Source of the DNA: Octopus vulgaris
Taxonomy: Eukaryota
Direction: 5' to 3'
Assembly: GCA_951406725.2 (NCBI GenBank)
Contig: OX597826.1
Location: forward strand, 40,176,001-40,240,000
Length of the DNA: 64,000 bases
Shown here: piece after piece, positions 44,252-58,359 of the stretch
How positions within the stretch are numbered: position 1 is the stretch's first letter
How the letters are laid out: every line of letters begins with the position of its first letter
Notes under the pieces: model-generated
Databases searched by the model: none
What the model was told of the DNA's origin: nothing
Seen by the model: the letters and a program-made list of their open reading frames with translations, nothing else
Translations under genes and position numbers: made by a program

Positions 44252-44345
44252 GTTACACACTGGGGTCGATGTAATCGACTTAATCTGTTTGTCTGTCCTT
44301 GTTTTTCCTCTCTGTGTTTAGCCCCTTGTGGGTAGTAAAGAAATA
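44252..44345 (+). mobile_element. SINE 3' fragment (family of 11368-11588)
   Basis: cactggggtcgatgtaatcgactt..gtgggtagtaaagaaa. Confidence 0.75.
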
Positions 44346-44735
44346 CATATACAGCTCAAGTATGTGGGAAGAACGGGAGGCAGAAACGATATGGTCAGTT
44401 CTAGTGAACTACGCCCAGTTCTTCAAGATAGCTCGGGTCAGTGTTTGAAGCTAACATAAGTTGTTGTCATTGTTGGTGGCGTTGCTGTTGATATTGTTGC
44501 TGGTAGTGGTGTAGGTTGAGGAATTGTTGTTGTCGTTTGTATTGTTCTTGTTGGGTTTGTTGTTGTTATTATTGTTGAATTGATGTTTGAATTGATGTTG
44601 AAGTTATTTTGTTGGCACCAATGATGCTGAGGTTGTTGATTACGTATTTCAACGAAGTAGAAAAGAAACTCCAACTGTGACAACCGCAGAAAAAATATCC
44701 AAAGTATTCATATTTTAGATCAATATTTTCAGTCT

Positions 44736-44802
<67 letters not shown>

Positions 44803-45193
44803 ACATAAAAATATTAGACCTTAAATTACCAAGTACTGACACAAAGATGCGAGCTCATTTCATTTTGCCGAACAACTCTGTCGGGTTACTGGTATAGAGT
44901 GCACTAAGCACACGGTTGGCCACGTGCAAAGTGGCGTGCCCAGCTATAATAAATGCTACAACCTTGCCAATACACAAAGAAAAACACTTACTGATGTTTC
45001 TTATATCTGCCAAGAAGAACAGACTTAACCATCCACCAACCAGCCGCATGAGCGATTTACAAGGAAAATTACATATAGATAGCCGTTTGTGTGAAAGAAT
45101 GTCACCTATAGAACTAAGGCCTACGTGAATTATTACTTAACCAAATTAACTGCATGAAATTTCAAAACATAATCTCGCTTATAAAAATACAAA

Positions 45194-45224
<31 letters not shown>

Positions 45225-45226
45225 TA

Positions 45227-46820
45227 GGCAGTTGCGGTTAGGTTACCACCACCATGTTGCTGGAGTATGTATGTATGTATATTTTTCTTTGAGTTTAAAA
45301 GTTCTTGAAAGAGTTCAACTGTTTCTAGATTTTGTGCAAATTCGTTGGTACATAACCTAATGTACCTATTTCTTTACCATAACCTAATGTACCTATGATG
45401 ACAGATAGAAATGAGAATTCATAGTCAAGGTACAAGAGTTGTAAGTTCCGCATTAATTCGCCATAAGTGATCTCTTTTTCCTAGACTTTTCAATTTGCAT
45501 TCACATTTGCTGGGCAGCTGCAATCAACGCATACATGTTTTCCCTGTCCCATAGAAGAATATCAGTTATGTTTGTACCGAACTGGTATTTTTGCCGGGGT
45601 TTTCTACTTGTATTCTTTCTTTTTGAACAGGGGAATATCTGCTGGTTCTGACATGCTTATAATATATACATTGTAAACAGTTTTTTCAACTATCATGGTT
45701 CAGGAGCAAGTAGTATCTCACAGACATTTTGGGACAACTGACGATGATACGCGTGCTATCTTCCACACTGGTATAACAGAACCGACATTTTTTATCACAA
45801 CGTAGAGGTTTGGTGGTATCTTTGTACTTTTTGTTTATCAGGTGGGGATCTCCTGTTCCTGGATAGCGAAGCCATATCTTTCTAGGTGGGATACAATGTA
45901 TTTATTATAGATCCAGGAGAGGCTATTCCCCTATTCAATGCTGATCTTGCTCTCTAGCTTACAGGTTACGTACACATACATTGCTTTTTGTTGGTATGAT
46001 GCCTGCTTCTCAGCCAAGTTTCTGTTCGAATAGGCCAGTCCAGTCTCCTATGAGTCGCATGTGACATTTGTATTCTCAGGGTAATGGCACAGTAAATTCT
46101 CCAACTATGAAGATGTTGTTCTCGCTTTTGAGTATGCTTGGAATATACACATTTCTTTTTTTACTGTCCAGCAGGTGTTATCCGAATGATACAATGCGAC
46201 ATTCAAAGTCTATTTGGACTGACCTTATACCTCTATCTCCATTATTTCATCCTATGTAAATCCTGTCGTGTCACAGCTAATGTGGAAGTTGCCAGTGATG
46301 GTCAGTACCTACCTGGTTTTGATGTCCAGGCTGTGTGTCAGATCGACTGTTCCGTCCAATATCACAAATATTAGCACTAGTACTGGTATTGCAAAAGCAT
46401 TGTGAGATATGGTCTTATTCAATGCAGACAACTCTGAGTTTCATATTTTCAGGAGTCTGCAATAGTGTCCTTCCGTTATTCTAGTTTTAATCACTACATC
46501 AATATATGCAACATTCTCATCGATTCCAAGGTCTTTAATCATCAGGAATAAGCCGTTGCTGTATATGTTCTCAATCTTTCCTTGGGTAACTATCATTTAT
46601 GAGCCTTTACTTTGACCAAACCCATTCCTATATCTCGTGAGAATATTGAGTGTAGGATAACATTAACCTTATGCTTTTTTGCATATCCCAGCATGTAGCC
46701 TTGTTATTTTGTTAACAGGACTGACAAAGAATTCACTTCTAGAACATGCAGCATTACAGATAAATTATCACCTTAGAATATGCTTTAGCAGCCGTCAGTA
46801 ATAACTGTGTGGACCATGTT
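45227..46820 (-). pseudogene. Degraded R4/Dong-type element (RT, CCHC, REL and 3' end)
   Basis: Minus strand LRIYEN..NKTISHNAFAIP, FAIQEQEI, KCRFC..VED..IIVSCP; homologous to 36780-37580. Confidence 0.75.
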
Positions 46821-46847
46821 GCAGTCAGTCATTCACTATAACAGCAT

Positions 46848-46994
46848 GAATGTATGTATGTTTGTATGTATGTATGTATGTATGTATGTATGTGTGTATG
46901 TATGTATGTATGTATGTATGTATGTATGTGTGTGTGTATGTATGTATGTGTGTATGTATGTATATATATGTGTATGTATGTATGTATGTGTGTA

Positions 46995-47025
<31 letters not shown>

Positions 47026-47300
47026 GTGTATGTATGTATGTGTGTATGTATGTATGTGTGTATGTGTGTATGTATGTATGTGTATGTGTATGTATGTATC
47101 TATGTGTGTGTATGTATGTATGTATGTGTGTATTATGTATGTATGCATGCATTATGTATGTATGTATGTATGTATGTATATATGTATGCGTGTATGTATG
47201 TATGTATGCATGTATGCATGTATGTATGTATGTATGTATGTATGTATGTATGTATGTATATGTGTATGTATGTATGTATGTATGCATATGTGTATGTATG

Positions 47301-47331
<31 letters not shown>
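46848..47331. repeat. Long (TATG)n/(TG)n tract
   Basis: Read directly from the sequence. Confidence 0.97.
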
Positions 47332-47701
47332 CATTTTGATCTTGTAGCACTGAGATTTCTTTTAGTTGTAAGATTCATTTCTGCAATGCAGTGAATAATG
47401 ACACTTGACTTGGTTGAATAAATTTAATACGGAATGAGATGAATGTAATTTCACTTATGTAGTTTATATTCATTAGTTATCTAGAGGATCCGTGGTGAAA
47501 TATATTAACCTCTTATTTTCCTCCATTTCGTCTGCTGCCGTCACAGCCATAAGCTTCGTAAGATCTCACATTCAGGATAAAAGGTACATGGACAATTACG
47601 TATACATACATACACACGCATACATGCACTTACATATATGCAGAACACACACACATAGATATTAATACATAGATGCACTCACATGCTCTCACATATGTAT
47701 T

Positions 47702-47765
<64 letters not shown>

Positions 47766-48391
47766 AATATGAATGTATACTACGTGAAATATCAATAATA
47801 TTCTGAAAAATTTTCATATTAATTTATATTTAACTTTCTTTGCACCTGATCTCAAATGAACTTTGAGCCATATTAATTTCTATCAAATATTTGCATAGAA
47901 TATTTTTGCAAGATTCTCTATTTCAAATAAATATGTTGCTTCTGGTATCTTGTGTAGTCTTGTATCGAGCAGACACACAGCTATGGAAATTGCTGTCCAC
48001 GGATATTAGAGGAATATATATTGGAGATTAGAATTAATTACATCAAAATATTAAGAGAAGATAATATGATGTATTACAGCTAATTACTGAGATGATATCT
48101 CTTCGTCATAAAGAAATTGAAATAAACTTCAAGAATCGCGTTTTACGTAATTTGAAACATTTTCTATATTAGTGTGTTAGAAGAAAATTGTTTATGAATA
48201 TATGCATGCCTATCGATTTTGTCTACGTTTATTTATGACCGAAACAAATAAATTTATCTACACACTCACACATTATACACATTATATATGTGTGCCTGTA
48301 CCTACGTGTCTGTATGAATTTATACCTATACGTTATATAGATAGGTAGCTAGCAAGCTAGCTATATAGCTAGATAGATAGAATTTGTCCAA

Positions 48392-48456
<65 letters not shown>

Positions 48457-49383
48457 TATATGTATGTATATACGTGTGTGTGTGTATGTGTCTGTGTATG
48501 TGTGCGTGCATACATGTGTGCGCGCACTTGTGTGTTCCTTTTATGGAAACTAATACAAATGAAGAACTTTGATCACTCGAACTGTTATATTCAATTAAAT
48601 ATCAAAAAAGGTACATCTGAGCGGCGTAGAAACAACATACGAGTCTAAGACCTCCTGATATATGTGTCAAAAATCATAATGCTAGCTCTATACAAAGAGC
48701 AAGAACTACACAATAAGATGAAAGTAAATAACCTGAGCTAGGGTTGGGTTGTAACAACGGGAAAGTATCTCATAGCTTCTTATAAATTTGAATATATACT
48801 TTACCAAGCCATCAAAAACATAAAAGGGAGATTAGGAAGATAGTTTGGTGAAGAGCCATAGCTTCAAATTCTTATTAAAATCATCTAAGACTCGGTATTC
48901 TAAAAAAAGAAGCAACATCGACAAGAGAAATATATGAGTAACTGTGTTGCGAATATAGAGATAACATCATTAGGATAACTACTGAGATCAAAGGCAGATA
49001 TAAAATAATATGTGAAACAAATTTTTGTCCAAGGAGCATAGAAAATACAATACGCAATATAATAAAATTGAAATAAACTTGAAAGTAGAAAAGTGAGTAT
49101 GAGTGGAACGAAAAGCTTAAAAGTGGTCGGACAAGTGTGACGAACGAAGAGGGAGAAGGAGGGCAGTCAACCTCCATTACTGACGACAAGACTCCGCAAG
49201 CTCAAGAGATGGTAATGGTGAACCGGTTCATCATTAGCATCTCACACTGAAATTCAGATATAAAAATGGTGCGATCAGGCTCAAACTTCGATCACATGGC
49301 CGCATGGGCAGAAGGCAATGTGACAATTATACAGATATGGTATGGTGAAAGAGCGGATCATTTTTGACTATATATTTATATAT

Positions 49384-49575
49384 AGTTAATCTAAAAATGA
49401 AAAAAAAAAACGAAGAGAAAACACAACGACGTGAGGATGTGGAACAAGTATAGTGTTATTGGAAGCTCAGGAAAGGAAAGAAGAAGGAGAATTTAAAGTT
49501 TCGAGCGGAGCTCTTCGTCAGAAACATAGAAAAAGGAAAGATCCAAAGAAGGGATGTTGGAAGAAAAAATCACCA
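49384..49575 (-). mobile_element. Second copy of the 41210-41417 family, with a mutated hammerhead at 49491-49525
   Basis: tttcgagcggagctcttcgtcagaaac is conserved; the AACGTT palindrome has changed to AAAGTT. Confidence 0.75.
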
Positions 49576-50019
49576 CATACATACATCCGTACATACACAC
49601 ACATACATATAGATATATATATATATAAATATGTATGCATAGTGACTTCTCTATACTTCCATAGTATTGCTCGCATTCTTCTTCTCTTTATTTATTTCTT
49701 TCTTTATCAATGGTGTTTGTTACTATCTGACCATGACCTCACGGACGACTATTCGTTCATGCTGCAGATTTGCATTGTATGAAGCATAGGACATTATGAC
49801 TTCTACTCGAATGATCAGGACATTTTGGGGTATGTGACCTTTGTGTATCGTATGTATTTTCACACCTGAAACCGACTTAGAAACCTTTTCTCGTATTACA
49901 CGTGTTACATGAACTGGTCTGGGAGAGGGGACGTTACATGCAGCTGGTCTTTCAAGGGACTATATAAATACATACACACACGCATATACATACATACATA
50001 CATACATACATACATACAT

Positions 50020-50230
50020 TATGGCTACCCCCTCGTTATCGACTATGGCCATTGCACGAAGCTTAACTGTTACTGGTGCTGTGATCCAATGTGACTTTTT
50101 AGCCCACCTAAAGATCTACAATGTCTTGTACAGAATTGGCAATTAAAACCTTTACCGGTAATAGCCGGCTGTAGTTGTAACTGGGCTTTATGTATCTTTG
50201 GATGTCGCTTAAGTCCTCCTGCCAAATTAC
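50020..50230 (-). mobile_element. 3' end of an RTE-clade LINE
   Basis: Terminal C2H2 finger FNCQFCTRHCRSLGGLKSH..H*, a short 3' UTR and a (TATG)n tail. Confidence 0.7.
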
Positions 50231-50245
50231 ACATACATACATACA

Positions 50246-50279
<34 letters not shown>

Positions 50280-50365
50280 CATGTATTGACAAACGCATGG
50301 CAACAATTGGTGTATGTAGTATTATTTTAAAAGAAATGTTCCTAGGCTAAAATCCAGTTCTTTAT

Positions 50366-50783
50366 CTATTGGAGACAAACATTAAAAAAAAACCATGACA
50401 AACTGTTGGGATCAGTCTCTATAACATTTAGTATTTTATGTATGGTTTTAGCACATTAGCATGTCGGGAGATAATCATGCTACACAGGAATACCAGATTA
50501 AACTTGACATATGTAGATTAGAATTACATTACACTTAACAAATATATCGTTGGCTGTCGTATTGGTTTGCTTCTTCAGGTGGTCAGGTTTGACAGGACTT
50601 TTACATCTATAGCCTAAAACAGGTTTCTTACAGATGTCATTACTATCGTTGAACTATCACGAACGTTAAGGAAACCTGCTAGTTTAGCTAATAATATGTA
50701 ACAAAGTCTCAGTCTACTAGCATTCACTTTAGTTTATCGCGTAGTGTATTTTGTTGTCTCACTCTAATATCATTTCTCTCCCT

Positions 50784-50875
<92 letters not shown>

Positions 50876-51380
50876 GCATGTCTTTGTGCGCTACTGTTAG
50901 TTTCATGCGATAAAAGACGAAAAAGAAGTATATATAAAAAGTGGAAGGTTGAAAAACCGGAACATGAAAAATAATCAGTAGGAAGCAAAAGGAGAATAAG
51001 AGATATTTCCTTTAGACCGTAAATTATATAGCTGAAAATATAGGGGCTTAAAGTTTATGGCACAGTTAAATAAATCCGGTGGGGGCGAGGTTCACTTCAC
51101 GATTCTCACTTTTTCACTGGCCAAAGTTTTAGTTCGTCTTACCATGATGGCAGTGTACGTTGATTGTGCTGGGAAACCAGAATTGTTATAAAACAATGAT
51201 TGGCATGTTCTCAGCGCATAGAAATAGTAGTAGCACATAAAAACATATTATGCTCATTGAATGGAATAGTTTGTTGATTTTACCATCAGAAAACAGCACA
51301 CTATATCACAACGCACACACATATACATACACACATATATATGTGTATATATATATATATATACTAGTATATGTGTTTGA

Positions 51381-51436
<56 letters not shown>

Positions 51437-52462
51437 GTATGTATATATATATATATATTAATATGTGCGTGTGTGTGAATACACACATAAACATGTATAA
51501 ACTCACTTATATACGTACACATATTGAAGAGAACGGAACACACGTAATTTAGCTAACTTTGTATATGTGCTTCTACATTGAAATACGAACATGTGCACGT
51601 GTGTGTGTCTGTGTACGTGTGTATGTGTGTATGCACGCGCGCGTACTTGCGTATTTTTTATGACGAAACTGCCAAAGATAACAGAGAGAGTGAGCACTAT
51701 TTAAACAGATATTCGACGAGCGAAATACTTATAAATTTCTGTTATAGAAGAAAAGTAATTTTCTTTTTCTTGAGGAAGAAAATTCGGCTATACAGGGACT
51801 CGACCTTTAGAGAAGGAGAAAAATACAGAATGAGATATAAGGAGAAAGAAAGCGAACGGCAGGAAATATACAGGCCTCCTCGTATTAATCACAAAATAGA
51901 GGATGATTCAATACACATACACAGACAGACACACACATACACATACACACATAGATACACACGTACACACATATATAGTCATGAATATATGTTTGTGTGC
52001 GTGAATCAGATAGTGGGGGAATGAGACTTACAGGAACAACTACTTCACCATTATGAATATATATATTTTGTACAAGATTGTGAATTCGCTCAATATCTGT
52101 GGAAGGAACCTGCTTCACAGCATTAATGTAATTATCATTCATCCACGGCCGTGGGTGTGAATATTCTTAAGGCCAAATTTTAGTTTCTCTCGAACATTTC
52201 TAGGCTTGATCACTAATTCAGTTAGGCTTACTATTACCAGTTGGATTACTATTGGAGAAAAACACCAAAAAAAAAAAAGAGAAAAAAATAAAAAACCATG
52301 ACAGACTGTTGTGATCACTCTCTACAACATTTAGTATTTTATGTATGGTTTTAGCACATTAGTATGTCGGGAGATAGTTGTGCTACACAGGAGTACCAGA
52401 TTAAATTTGATACATGTAGATCAGAATTACATTACACTTAACCAATATACCATTGGCTGTCG
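50366..52462 (+). repeat. Diverged direct repeat of ~200 bp (50366-50558 and 52249-52462)
   Basis: ctattggaga..aaaaccatgaca..catttagtattttatgtatggttttagcacattag..ttggctgtcg occurs in both copies. Confidence 0.9.
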
Positions 52463-53726
52463 ATATAAAGAATTGAATGCGCTTTCTTTCAGCAATGATG
52501 GCCCACACATTGAGGTCAGATAATTGAAAATTAATTCTTTAAAAATAGGTTAGGTCAAGGTGTATGACCTAAAATGAGAGTAAGGCGAAACATGGAATTT
52601 GAATCAAAATATCTTACTTATTTTAGAATAGCTGAGAAGACTCTTATGGCGAAAGCCGAGTTAAGAATTATTAACTAGAAAAACAGTTGTGTGATCTTAA
52701 GTAACGATAAAAATGGAAATAACCTCTAAAATTTACATTGGATTGAAATAGCAGTTCTGTTCAAGTGAAAGAGCTCAATGAATTGAATTTTATGGTGAAA
52801 GTCTCAAGAAATATTGGCTATAAAAACGTGGTATTGTTTTAAGTGACAAAATCATTCTGCTCATCTTTAAAAATTCAAGTAATTTTGTCATTTTGAGATA
52901 TCTAATTGTACAGCACAATAACTGGAGTTTAGGGGATATTCGTTCGTCCCTCTGTAGCGGTTTGCTACGCTATTTTTTTCCGTTCTAAATGATGAAAACA
53001 AATGTGAAGGTGTTAAGAAATCGAGGCGCTTTTACTTTTTAAGAGAAAAGAATTATTTTGCATCAAGAGGAATATTGTTGTGATTTCATAGTAATTTTCA
53101 TTATTTAGTTTAAGGATTAAAGCATGTACTTATCAAGACGTATTAAAATAAAATGTTCACCCATTAAAAAAATCGAACTATTAATGATTTAATTAGAATA
53201 TAACGTTATTTTATCATTAAAAAATATTTAAACCATATTTGTTTGTGATATATATGCTGTTATTAAGCCTTTGTTATTTTAATGAGCAGGCATAATTTCT
53301 CAGTTTCAACAAAACTTGTAGGTTAGAAATATTTATAATAGTATCATTTTTTCAATTATATAGATAAATATGATCATTATAATAACTGAATTGTTGCCTG
53401 AATTAAAAGTAAACTAGAATCAAAAATGCGGTCGTAGAATCCTCGAAATTTCTTAAGTGCTGACCTGGAAAGGTAGAGAACAACTAGTAATTAAGCCAGG
53501 AAAAATACTGGACAAGAATATATATATCGTTGCTATTATGCAAAAGTGTGTTAAGTCCGAAACGTTGCTTTTTCAGAAAGCGAAAAAATACTTACACTAT
53601 TCCATAGCAAAACAGTTGTACTACACTTTGACAATTTTTTATATCTAGGCATCTGAACCAGCTTGAGATACGATAGTTTGACCAAAAGGACTAGCTATTA
53701 CAAGCAAAAATAAATATGGAAAAAAA

Positions 53727-54280
53727 ATGGCATTTGGCCAATTTTGTACATACGACATGAACAAAAAAGATACAATATTCACAGTACCCAAGTGTAATGA
53801 TAACGGATGTGGTACGTGTCACAACATGCATACTGGTAGATCTATTAGAACAAAACATGGACAGATCTTTGCAACTGCAGATATGAACCGCAAAAACGGA
53901 AATTTGATCTACTGCATTAAATGCCCTAATTGCGAGAAACTAAGGCAGAGAATGCATTATCGGAACGCTTATGAGTCTACAGACAACAAATCCGGAACAC
54001 TAATGTTCTCCAAATTCCATTGAGCGAACATGAATGCTCGGTTCTTCAAACTTCCGATATTATGATTTATTATGGAGTTGTTGTTTTTTTAATATTCACC
54101 CTTGTTGTGTTTAAACACTTTGCGTTGGATGTCACGGCCCAGTCTCAAACCCACAGCATGAAACACATACATTCTTGACTTGCTATTCTACTGCCTGAAG
54201 CAGTCTCTATGTGGTATTCAATAATTACTTTTTCTTCTTCATACGATTACTAAAGCAGGCAGACGTAACAGTCATCATAT
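53727..54280 (+). pseudogene. Penelope-like GIY-YIG endonuclease remnant and 3' region
   Basis: Cys linker KCNDNGCGTC, then NLIYCIKCPNC (GIY-strand equivalent) and, after a frameshift, ALSER..RQQIR; the YIG segment is deleted. Confidence 0.7.
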
Positions 54281-54726
54281 CCTTCAAATAACATACGGCC
54301 CTCATGAAAAATAAAAGATGCACTGGATAATATTCTTTTTATTTTTTTTTTTTGCTAATTTATGTTACTTAATGGCCATGCGCTGCATTAATTTCAGAAA
54401 CTTTTTGTCGACATTATGGCCTCCTGTATTTTGGTAGATATCATTCTGATAATGCATGAAATGTATACTGGTGAATTGTGAGAGCGAAGATAATCAACCA
54501 GGCATAAATATCACACGGTGTTTCTGTTTTAAAATACCGGTTCTTATCCCACCCTTATACACACAAACACCCACACCCACCCACACACACACACGCGCGC
54601 GCGCGCGCACACACACACACACACAATACTGAACACACACACACACACATACAAAACAAACAATCAAACAATACTTCAATTTTCTACACAGGTTCCGTTT
54701 ATGAGAAGTCAATACGAAACTTTGGC

Positions 54727-54727
<1 letters not shown>

Positions 54728-54816
<89 letters not shown>
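54728..54816. repeat. (GAT)n microsatellite
   Basis: Read directly from the sequence. Confidence 0.97.
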
Positions 54817-55275
54817 TATAACATTTAAGTTTGGTGAAGAAAATTATTTTATTCCGATCTCTTCCAAGATAACCAGTCTGATTTCATTGCCTACAGAAGG
54901 ATGCCAAAAAATAAACGTTTGGGAAACATTGCAAAAAATATTCTTGGCAATTCTTTAACTCTATTCCATACTTAGCTAAATCACTGAATATCCCCATGTA
55001 AAATGTAAAGAAGATACAGGCACACACAAATAGTCACAGACACACATACACAGACACAAACACACACACACACACACGCACGTACGGATGCATACTTCGA
55101 CACAAATAAACACACCACTCAGACATATAAACAGTCCTTCACGGGCATGCATACATACATTCAGACATACATACATAAATTCATACATACATACATACAT
55201 ACATACATACATAAATCCATACATACATACATACATATATACATACATACATACATACATACATACATACATACA

Positions 55276-55309
<34 letters not shown>

Positions 55310-55813
55310 CATATGTATAACCACACTTAGGCAAGGACAGAGATATAAGCTGCTAGGGCATACACACATACACAGCTATGTTGTACCATATGTTTTCTAT
55401 ATACTTTTCAATTATTGATTATTTGAAACTCCAACATACATACATACACGACCACAGCAATATTTGCATGTGTTCGTATGTAGTAAATTATGTGTAAGTA
55501 TGTGTTTGTGAGAATATATAGATGTATGTGTGTATGTATGTACGTGTGTGTATGTAAGTGTGTGTGGTGTGATGTGTGTGTGGTTTGGTGTGTGTATGTG
55601 TGTGCCTGTGTGCTTATGCAATTGTGCGTATGTGTCCGTTATATCAGCAATACAGAACGATAGTATCTGCTGAAATTATGAAAATATGGCCTACAGATAT
55701 AATTATTACACTTCCAAAAGTAGAAATGTCTAACTGTATATTTTGCTAAATTCAGCTGTGGATAATATTAATGCAAAACATAAACAGACACACGCAAACA
55801 CACACACACACAT

Positions 55814-55845
<32 letters not shown>

Positions 55846-56799
55846 TAAGACAAACAATGTCACACACATAGAAACATATATGCATACATATGTACTTTAT
55901 GTATCTGTGGTTATGTGTGCATGTGTCTGTTTATAGGAAACCAAATTTCTTTCAAACAGGTTATATTGAAAACACCAATATCTTCGAGTTCTGTCTATTT
56001 TATTAAAGATTTTTCATATTAGCTTCCTAGTTCTTTGGAGCAATATAATTCCTAAATTTATAATTATTTGAATAATTCCTCAATTTACTCACCAAAACCA
56101 ACCGATGTTGATGATGGTGTCTTTGCAGTAACCATTAAGGGTCATCGCAATAGTATTATAACTGAAAAAATATACCACGATCGGTTTAAATTTGCATAAT
56201 GACTAAATCCGTGTGCTTGTAATTTATTTTATTACTGTCTCTTATTTTTCGATTTATAATGAGCTATTTCAAAACTTCCATAATTATTGCCATGTTTTCC
56301 AATCACAACGCCGAATTCTTCGAAATAAGACACAATCAGTCACCACTTCCGGCTTAAAACACTGATGGAAATCCAGATACACACAGAAACGCATGACAGG
56401 CACAATTTCTATATAATACAAAAATATTTATGATGCCATTTAACTTATGAAACATTTCTTCTCAACTGAAAGACTAATCAGTAATAGTGAAGCAAAAGGG
56501 AAACAATTTCAACCAACTCCTTCCCGCCGTGGAACCGACACTTATGAAAGAATTTTTAGAAGTGTCTACCGTCCAACACTTTGAAAAGCCACTAAACACT
56601 TCTAAAGATTAAAACCATAAACAGATTTTGGCATTCCAGAGTTTAACCGAAATACAGAAAGATTTTGATTATCGGCTTCTAGATATGCATCATCATCAAC
56701 TTTGTCTCGAGATATAAACTAAAATTGGCAAAGGTCTACAGAGAAAGGAAATGAGAAGAACTCTCTTCTTAAAGGGATGAATTTCGTCTTATACAGTCG

Positions 56800-57830
56800 A
56801 CTTTTTGTTTTTATCAGTTCAATCTTCTATTTGCCCGTGTGTGATGTAGTGATGCATCTGTCTGGAAACGTATCAAACCCACATTCACAGTAATGTTAGT
56901 AGTATTCAGTAATAGCAATGGTAGTCATTTACGATATTTATGTCTCCAACTGTACTGGGTGATTCTGTTTCCATATATGTTCTCAGTAGCCTTCCATTTG
57001 TTATTCTAGAAGGCAGTAGAGTTTTTTGTAAAGTGGTTATACATTTGGATAACGTTTGAGCTTTATCAATCGTAGACAGGTCGATTATAGGCCTACATTA
57101 TAATGGGTTGAGGTTTATTTCGTCTAATGCATTCAACTTTTGCTTTTAATTTGCTAAACAATCATGTGTAAGCCGTTATTCTGATGTTGGTTCTTGTCTT
57201 GTCAGCAAATCGTTGAATTTCAACTGAGTCAATAAACCAATGCTTATACCTCACCTATATTTCTTAAATCTGTTGACCAAATGTTTTTGCATTTTCTGAT
57301 ATAACGGAATGTTCAAATTGATTATAGTTTTGTAACTTCTCAGTTAATCTTTGGATTTTTTTTTCTCTTTTCTCTTCAAGATTGATGAGATATTCACCGT
57401 TGTCGCCAGTAGCAAGCTGTCTGCTGGTCTTTCTAAAATTCTTTTATGCTTTGTTTCTGAGAGACTAGTATTGATTTCTATTTTGTTTTTATTGAATTAA
57501 AGGGAAAATAATTTTGTACTGGTGACAAACTCATGTTTCTCTATTTCTCAAAGAAAATGGTTTTTTACAGCAGAATATTATAAGCTAGCAAGAACTACCT
57601 CCCTTTTAGCTTACTATTGAGTACTTTGGTTTTTTCTAATTTGTATTTCACTAATATTTATATTTCTCTTTTTGTTGCGGATATCGGGATTCCGTTTCTT
57701 TTAGCTTTCCTAGATTCCTCTGTAAGTTTGTTTTCATGTTATTTGCTTCGATTTAGATATTGCTATGTGAGAGTCTTTGCGAAGATACACGTATTCCTTT
57801 ATAACTACTGGAACTACTGTATAGATTAAC
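56800..57830 (-). pseudogene. Possible highly decayed Penelope-type RT N-terminal region
   Basis: Weak remnants only: RPAD (compare KPADKG) near 57425 and CRPIID (compare RPII) near 57090. Confidence 0.35.
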
Positions 57831-58359
57831 CGATTTAGTCTGGTGATATTGATTATTGTGTTTTGAGACTGTATACGTTAGACCAGTTTTATGGCTGTAC
57901 TTAGGATTACGTTTTTGTCATTTAATGTAGTATAAACACCCTGATATACATATTTTGTTATTCTTGTTTGTAATTTTTGCACTAGATTTACTCTCTCAAC
58001 TTGCGTTGAATGTTTGTAATTTGTGTAATTCTATATGGGTGTTTTGGGCGGATTTGTTTCTATTTGCTTGCTTGAATTTCGATACATAACTCCCTTAAAT
58101 TAACTAAAATTAGCAATATGCTTGGACAAACCTTTGCTTCTTGCAAGTTTTCTCATGTACGTATATATCGTCGGACTTCAGTTTGCAATATGCGACTGTG
58201 AAATGTTCATATAATAATGAAAAGAAAAGCTTTTCTGTTGCGTTCACCGAACTTAAGAAGTAATCCTCGCCGCTATATTACATTTGCATATATTGTTATA
58301 GATGTAAGTTCATTTCCGGAGGAGCAGAACTAGGATAGAATTGAGTGAGGACTATATGT

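Noticed and set aside
50070-50160. C2H2 zinc-finger host gene exon
   Set aside because: A single terminal finger followed by a stop, short UTR and repeat tail fits an RTE ORF end.
52630-52668. ctgagaagactc..ggcgaaagcc..gag hairpin
   Set aside because: A simple GNRA hairpin whose core spacing does not fit a hammerhead.
56358-56402. ctgatgg...gaaacgcatgac as a hammerhead
   Set aside because: Core mismatches, no stem II pairing and no UH triplet; at best a decayed relic.
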